Assembly (NCBI RefSeq): GCF_029239295.1
Contig: NZ_JAQZBC010000008.1
Location: 58,812 to 122,811 of the forward strand
DNA length: 64,000 nt
DNA from: Sphingomonas sp.
GTDB lineage: Bacteria; Pseudomonadota; Alphaproteobacteria; Sphingomonadales; Sphingomonadaceae
Reading direction: 5' to 3'
Under the pieces are notes generated by a model. That model did no database searches and was not told the DNA's origin. It saw only the letters and a program-made list of their open reading frames with translations. Positions within the stretch are counted from its first letter, which is position 1. Each line of letters starts with the position of its first letter. The translations under genes were made by a program, and so were the position numbers. Positions 59,936-64,000 of the stretch are shown here, piece after piece.

Positions 59936-61884
59936 CAGAATGCCTGCCCGAGCGAGACGTAGACCGCGACGCGCGAATCGCCCGGCTGAGGATTGAGCGG
60001 CGTGCCGACGTCGACGCGGATCGGGCCGAAGTTGCTATAGTAACGAACACCGACGCCGGCGCCGTAGCGAAGGCCCGAGAAGTCGGGCAGCGACGAAGTG
60101 TAGATGTTACCGCCATCGAAGAACGGCACGATGCCGAAATCGCCGAACGCCTTGATCCGACCCTCGATCGCGAATTCGGCCAGGCTGCGCCCGCCGATCG
60201 GATCGTTGTTGGGATCCCGCGGGCCGATCAACTGATAGCCATAGCCGCGCACCGAGGCGCCGCCGCCGGCGTAGAAGCGCCGCGACGGGGCGATTGCATC
60301 GAGCGGGGCACCGGCGATCGTGCCAAGGCGTAGGCGCCCAGCCAGAACGACGCCGTCGCTGATCGATTTATAGGCGCTGGCATCGACCTGCGTGCGGGCA
60401 TAGCCGAACGCCGATCCCTGAAGCGACACCTCCGGGCTGAACCGCCCGCCGAGGCGGAAACCACGCGTAGGGTTCAGCAGATCGTCCGAGCCATCATAGG
60501 TGAGGCTGGTCGGCGCGGCGGCGATGAAGAAGGTGCGGCGGCGCGGCTCCCCCGTGGTTATAATCACGTCGCGTTCGTCAGACGCCACCAGTTCGGCGCC
60601 GAGCGACCACGTCCATGTCTTCTGAAAGAAGATGTTGGTTTGCCGCTCGAGGCTGCCCGACAGCGAGAAGGTATTGGCCTCATAGGCCTCGCGATTGGTG
60701 TGCGCGGCGCTGATCTGCGCGGTCAGCACGCGATCGCGCCCTTCGAAATTGTTGCGGCGGAAGGTAACCGCGCCCAGCTGCTCGCGCGTACCCAAGACGC
60801 TGCGCAGCGTCAGCGCGCCTTCGGGTGGGAACAGATTGCGGTGAGTCCAGCTCGCCTCGACACGCGCGCCCTCGCCGGTGCCATAGCCGATTTCGCCTGC
60901 GATGGTGCGCGGCGGGGCAGGTTCGAGGCGAACGTCGATATCGACCGTTTCCGGCGTTGTGCCGGGCACCGGCGTTACATCCGCCACCGACACCAGCCCG
61001 GTCTGCACCAGCGCGCGACGCAGATCGTCGAGCGCCGGGGCGTAATAAGGCTTGCCCGGTTCGAAGCGGGCGATTTCCTGCACATGCGCCGCGTCGAACA
61101 CGCGGTTGTTCGGATTGGCGCGGATCTGGCCGAAGACGCGCGCGGTGCCGGGATCGACGTTGATGTCGAGCGTCGCGGTGCGCGCTTCACGGTCGATCGT
61201 CACCTCGGGCTCACCGATTTTCGCGAAGGGGAAGCCCTGTTCCCCTGCCTCGACGCGCAGCTTCGCCTCGCCGGTGGTAATGCGATCGGCATCGACCGGA
61301 TCGTCGGGCTTCACGCCAAAGGCATCGCGCAGCGCGGCGGCCTTTTCCCCCGCCGCGGCCACGCCGGCGATGGTCACGTCCTTCAGCCGATAGATCGTCC
61401 CCGGCGTGGCGGTAAGCACGACCAGCGGGCGGCCGTCGACGGTATCGATCCGGGGTTCGACCTCAGCATCATAATAGCCCTGCGCGCGCAGCAGCGTGAC
61501 CAGCAGCGTCGAATCCTCCCGCGCGCGCCGATCGAGCTGCGCGGCGTTGGCAGGCTCCCCATCGTTCTGCTCGAGGACCGAGAGCGAGGCGAAACGGTCG
61601 CGCAGCAGCGGCGTGGCAAGATCGTCCAGCCCGTCGATCCGCCAGGCATATCGGGTCTCACCGATCTGCGCCGCCGTTGCCTGTTGCGCGGCGGGTGCCT
61701 CGGGCGGGAGTTCGGGCCAGGCGACGCCGATGTCGGGCATGTCCGCGAGCGGTGCGGCCGGATCGATCGCGGGGGCCGGCGCGGGCACAGGAACAGGGCT
61801 GGCGGATTGCTGCGCGCCAGCGGGCGCCGAGACGATCGACGCGACCAGACCTGCCCCAGCGATCAGCGCCCTACGCCCGTCCAT
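59935..61884 (-). CDS. tamA: TamA/Omp85-family outer-membrane protein
   Basis: POTRA-like repeats, RFYAGGGASVRGY, GPIRVDVG, terminal LGQAF; ATG 61884. Confidence 0.88.
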   Translation of the reverse strand: MDGRRALIAGAGLVASIVSAPAGAQQSASPVPVPAPAPAIDPAAPLADMPDIGVAWPELPPEAPAAQQATAAQIGETRYAWRIDGLDDLATPLLRDRFASLSVLEQNDGEPANAAQLDRRAREDSTLLVTLLRAQGYYDAEVEPRIDTVDGRPLVVLTATPGTIYRLKDVTIAGVAAAGEKAAALRDAFGVKPDDPVDADRITTGEAKLRVEAGEQGFPFAKIGEPEVTIDREARTATLDINVDPGTARVFGQIRANPNNRVFDAAHVQEIARFEPGKPYYAPALDDLRRALVQTGLVSVADVTPVPGTTPETVDIDVRLEPAPPRTIAGEIGYGTGEGARVEASWTHRNLFPPEGALTLRSVLGTREQLGAVTFRRNNFEGRDRVLTAQISAAHTNREAYEANTFSLSGSLERQTNIFFQKTWTWSLGAELVASDERDVIITTGEPRRRTFFIAAAPTSLTYDGSDDLLNPTRGFRLGGRFSPEVSLQGSAFGYARTQVDASAYKSISDGVVLAGRLRLGTIAGAPLDAIAPSRRFYAGGGASVRGYGYQLIGPRDPNNDPIGGRSLAEFAIEGRIKAFGDFGIVPFFDGGNIYTSSLPDFSGLRYGAGVGVRYYSNFGPIRVDVGTPLNPQPGDSRVAVYVSLGQAF

Positions 61885-61933
61885 TGATGCAGCCGTAGGG
61901 CGTCCGCTCGCGGGCGGCAATGCGCCGTGTGGC

Positions 61934-62143
61934 TCAGTGCAGCGTGCCCAGCGGTTGATCGGTCGCAAGTACCCGCACCAGACGCTCGATCTGGCGCCAG
62001 CGGCAGAAGTGAATGACGTTGCCGACCGATCGGCTGCGATCGGCGCGCAGCGCGGCCTCATCCGCGGCAAACGCCCCGAACACGTGGAGCAGCGAGGAGG
62101 CGTCAGCGACCAGCTGGCGATCGGCGAGGTACAATGGTGGCAA
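61934..62143 (-). CDS. Small hypothetical protein (about 69 aa)
   Basis: Protein-like ORF (FGAFAADEAALRAD...GNVIHFCRWRQIERL) filling the gap upstream of tamA; TTG start. Confidence 0.6.
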   Translation of the reverse strand: MPPLYLADRQLVADASSLLHVFGAFAADEAALRADRSRSVGNVIHFCRWRQIERLVRVLATDQPLGTLH

Positions 62144-62266
62144 GGGTGCGCTCTGTTGCAGATGTCGGAACGGGGCTACCGCCCGAGCTCCTCAGACCGC
62201 GTGAATGGCGAGGGTTAATGGTTTGCCGCTTGGCAGCGCGCGGTGCGGCGTGGCAAGGCGCGCGGC

Positions 62267-62440
62267 ATGGCCGATCCCCTCAAGCGCCCGGGCAATGCCG
62301 GCGGATTCCTGGTTGCCGTTTCGCTGCTGGCGGGCACCGTCATCGGGCTGATCGTCGGGCAACCGTCGATCGGCTTTCTCGTCGGGCTTGCCGTTGGCAG
62401 CGCCGCCGCAGTGGCGATGTGGTTGAAGGACCGTCGCTGA
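62267..62440 (+). CDS. Small two-TM membrane protein (57 aa)
   Basis: AGGFLVAVSLLAGTVIGLIVGQPSIGFLVGLAVG hydrophobic hairpin with a basic tail. Confidence 0.65.
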   Translation: MADPLKRPGNAGGFLVAVSLLAGTVIGLIVGQPSIGFLVGLAVGSAAAVAMWLKDRR

Positions 62441-62484
62441 CGCAAGCGGCTGCGGCCGGGGCCGACGTCTGACCGCCTAGCGAA

Positions 62485-63105
62485 TCAAGGCTCGCGCAGC
62501 AGCAGGCGGACGCGGCCGATCACGGTGGCTTCGCCCTTGGCGCACGTTAGCGGAGGGTAATCCGGATTGTCGCTGAGCAGCGTCAGTCCCGCGCCGTCGT
62601 ACCGGACGCGCTTTACCAGTAGCTCCTCCTCCCGGCGAACGACGAAGATGCCGTCACTGGCCGGCGCAAGATCGCTGCGATCAACCAGCAGGCGATCGCC
62701 CGGCAGGATCGTCGGCGTCATCGAATCGCCGACCGCATCGATAATCGAGGCGGCGGGCGGCGAGATGCCCGCGTCACGCAGCAGCCGAGCGGCGAACGCC
62801 TCCTGCCGAATCGCCCGTTCCTCACCCGCTGCCTGCCCGCTGCCGGCCGAGGCGGCCACCGTCAGATAGGGCACCGACACCAGCGGCGGATCGGCAGCAG
62901 CGGTGCCGCCGAGCAGCGTTTCGTCGACGCCGAAGAATTGCGCGAGCACGCGCCGGTCGGCCTCCGCCAACCGCCGCGGGGTGCCGCGCCGGACGAATTG
63001 CTGAAGATAGGCAAGGTTACGACCGATCAGGCGTGACAGCTCCGACAGGCTGATCCCGCGTGCCGCCGCCAGCCGCTCCAGCGTCTCTCCAACCGTCTCA
63101 GACAT
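62485..63105 (-). CDS. CI/LexA-like repressor: HTH plus S24 peptidase
   Basis: N-terminal HTH (ISLSELSRLIGRNLAYLQQF), Ala-Gly cleavage site (ASAG), GDSM Ser and VKRV Lys dyad. Confidence 0.88.
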   Translation of the reverse strand: MSETVGETLERLAAARGISLSELSRLIGRNLAYLQQFVRRGTPRRLAEADRRVLAQFFGVDETLLGGTAAADPPLVSVPYLTVAASAGSGQAAGEERAIRQEAFAARLLRDAGISPPAASIIDAVGDSMTPTILPGDRLLVDRSDLAPASDGIFVVRREEELLVKRVRYDGAGLTLLSDNPDYPPLTCAKGEATVIGRVRLLLREP

Positions 63106-63117
63106 CCATCCATATTA

Positions 63118-63137
63118 GTCTAGGATTTTTCCTAGAC
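63118..63137. promoter_or_regulatory. Operator-like palindrome
   Basis: GTCTAGGA-TTTT-TCCTAGAC, perfect 8-bp inverted repeat 12 bp upstream of the repressor ATG. Confidence 0.7.
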
Positions 63138-63155
63138 AAGTTGGAAAAGTTGCGA

Positions 63156-63170
63156 GAACGGATAGGGAAC
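63156..63170. promoter_or_regulatory. Alphaproteobacterial LexA (SOS) box
   Basis: Perfect GAAC-N7-GAAC (GAACGGATAGGGAAC). Confidence 0.7.
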
Positions 63171-63191
63171 ACAGCGACTCGGGAGCTTGCC

Positions 63192-63410
63192 ATGTCCCTC
63201 CTCACCCAGATTGACTGCTACCTTCGCCGAACCGGCATCTCGCCCTCCACCTTCGGTCGCCAGGCGGTGAATGATCCGCGCCTGGTGCATGACCTGCGCC
63301 GCGGTCGAAGCCCCGGCCCGCGGATGCGCGCGCGCGTGGAAGCCGCGCTGCGCGCGCCGCCGCCGGGAGAAAAGCCCAACGGTGACACACGCCCGGGAAT
63401 GGCAAACTGA
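63192..63410 (+). CDS. Small Cro-like putative DNA-binding protein (72 aa)
   Basis: GGGAG RBS; ISPSTFGRQAVNDPRLVHDLRRGRSP is HTH-like; divergent from the S24 repressor. Confidence 0.65.
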   Translation: MSLLTQIDCYLRRTGISPSTFGRQAVNDPRLVHDLRRGRSPGPRMRARVEAALRAPPPGEKPNGDTRPGMAN

Positions 63411-63721
63411 TGCGCGGTCCCGCTCCTAGCGCGGTGATCGAGCGCGCCTTGCTGGCATCGGCGGCGCAGCGCCGCCTGGCAGTAGCGATCGAACCGCTCG
63501 GCTCCGCTGCCTGGTACAGCGCGACCTTTGCCGGCGAGCGGTATGCGATGGCGCTGACAACACTGGCGAGCGACGCGGCGCGCGACTGGCTGGCGTGTGT
63601 GCCGGACATGGACGTGACGCTGCCCGGCTGCATGCTCGCCGGCCTGTCGGTGACCGAGGCCAGCGAGCAGGACGGCCAGTGCCACGCGCAAATCGAGGCG
63701 ATTACCGTGGAGCGCGCCTGA
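63410..63721 (+). CDS. Hypothetical protein (103 aa), coupled to the upstream gene
   Basis: TGATG overlap at 63408-63412; protein-like composition (SATFAGERY). Confidence 0.65.
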   Translation: MRGPAPSAVIERALLASAAQRRLAVAIEPLGSAAWYSATFAGERYAMALTTLASDAARDWLACVPDMDVTLPGCMLAGLSVTEASEQDGQCHAQIEAITVERA

Positions 63722-63746
63722 GCAGCGCGCCTGAGCAGCGCGCCTG
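63711..63746. repeat. 13-bp tandem repeat (about 2.8 copies) spanning a stop codon
   Basis: AGCGCGCCTGAGC AGCGCGCCTGAGC AGCGCGCCTG. Confidence 0.85.
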
Positions 63747-63755
63747 CGCGGCGAA

Positions 63756-64000
63756 TCAGCCGCGTGCCATCCGGCGCAGCATGACCAGCGTATCGTCGAG
63801 GCTGCCCGAGGGCGGGGGTGACGGCGGAGCAGGATCGGTGGGCGGCGGCGTGTCCTTGCGTCGCTGCGCGCCGCGTTCCAGCCGATCGAGCAGGGCTGCG
63901 ATCGAATCGCCGGATTCCTGATTGCCGCCGTGATCGGTTTGGCCGTGCTCTGGCTCTGGCGTCGCGTCGACGGGGGCGGGCGTATCGATCGCGTCCGATG
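63756..64000 (-). CDS. Hypothetical protein, C-terminal part (truncated by window edge)
   Basis: Open frame 63998 to 63756: ...SIAALLDRLERGAQRRKDTPPP...SLDDTLVMLRRMARG*. Confidence 0.6.
   Translation of the reverse strand, partial: SDAIDTPAPVDATPEPEHGQTDHGGNQESGDSIAALLDRLERGAQRRKDTPPPTDPAPPSPPPSGSLDDTLVMLRRMARG

Noticed and set aside
1-64000. CRISPR arrays, rRNA, tRNA, IS elements, known defence systems
   Set aside because: No regularly spaced repeats, tRNA T-loop signatures, transposase motifs or defence-gene domains were seen by eye; tRNAscan, CRISPR and DefenseFinder runs would confirm

Overview
High-GC alphaproteobacterial chromosome segment, most likely Sphingomonas or a related Sphingomonadaceae genus (inferred from gene content and synteny). 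It is mostly core genome: secF, the F0 ATP synthase operon, ydbH-ynbE-ydbL, radC, uvrC, ilvA, an Ate/Bpt aminoacyl-transferase, an ATP-grasp/alpha-E/transglutaminase operon, dsbD plus redoxin, a PhoK-type phosphatase, ALDH, rpsU, cysS, an EAL/TPR-hybrid-kinase/receiver operon, xerC, priA, smr-mltA-timA, secB, murJ, trpS, a partial EPS export locus, and tamAB. I saw no rRNA, tRNA, CRISPR array, transposase or prophage structural genes. The most interesting signals lie below the ORF-track threshold. (1) A 17-aa micro-ORF with a strong RBS, a CtrA-like box and a terminator overlapping its stop codon, followed by a likely ~100-nt sRNA, sits divergent from the EAL/periplasmic-TPR hybrid kinase operon. 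(2) An orphan CI/Cro-like switch has a 20-bp operator palindrome and a perfect alphaproteobacterial LexA box. (3) The transglutaminase in the ATP-grasp operon lacks its catalytic Cys. (4) The wzc gene carries a single-base frameshift. (5) Two small genes flanking uvrC have EcfG/sigmaT-type promoters, one of them an unlisted 59-aa ORF. All family assignments come from motif recognition, not database searches.
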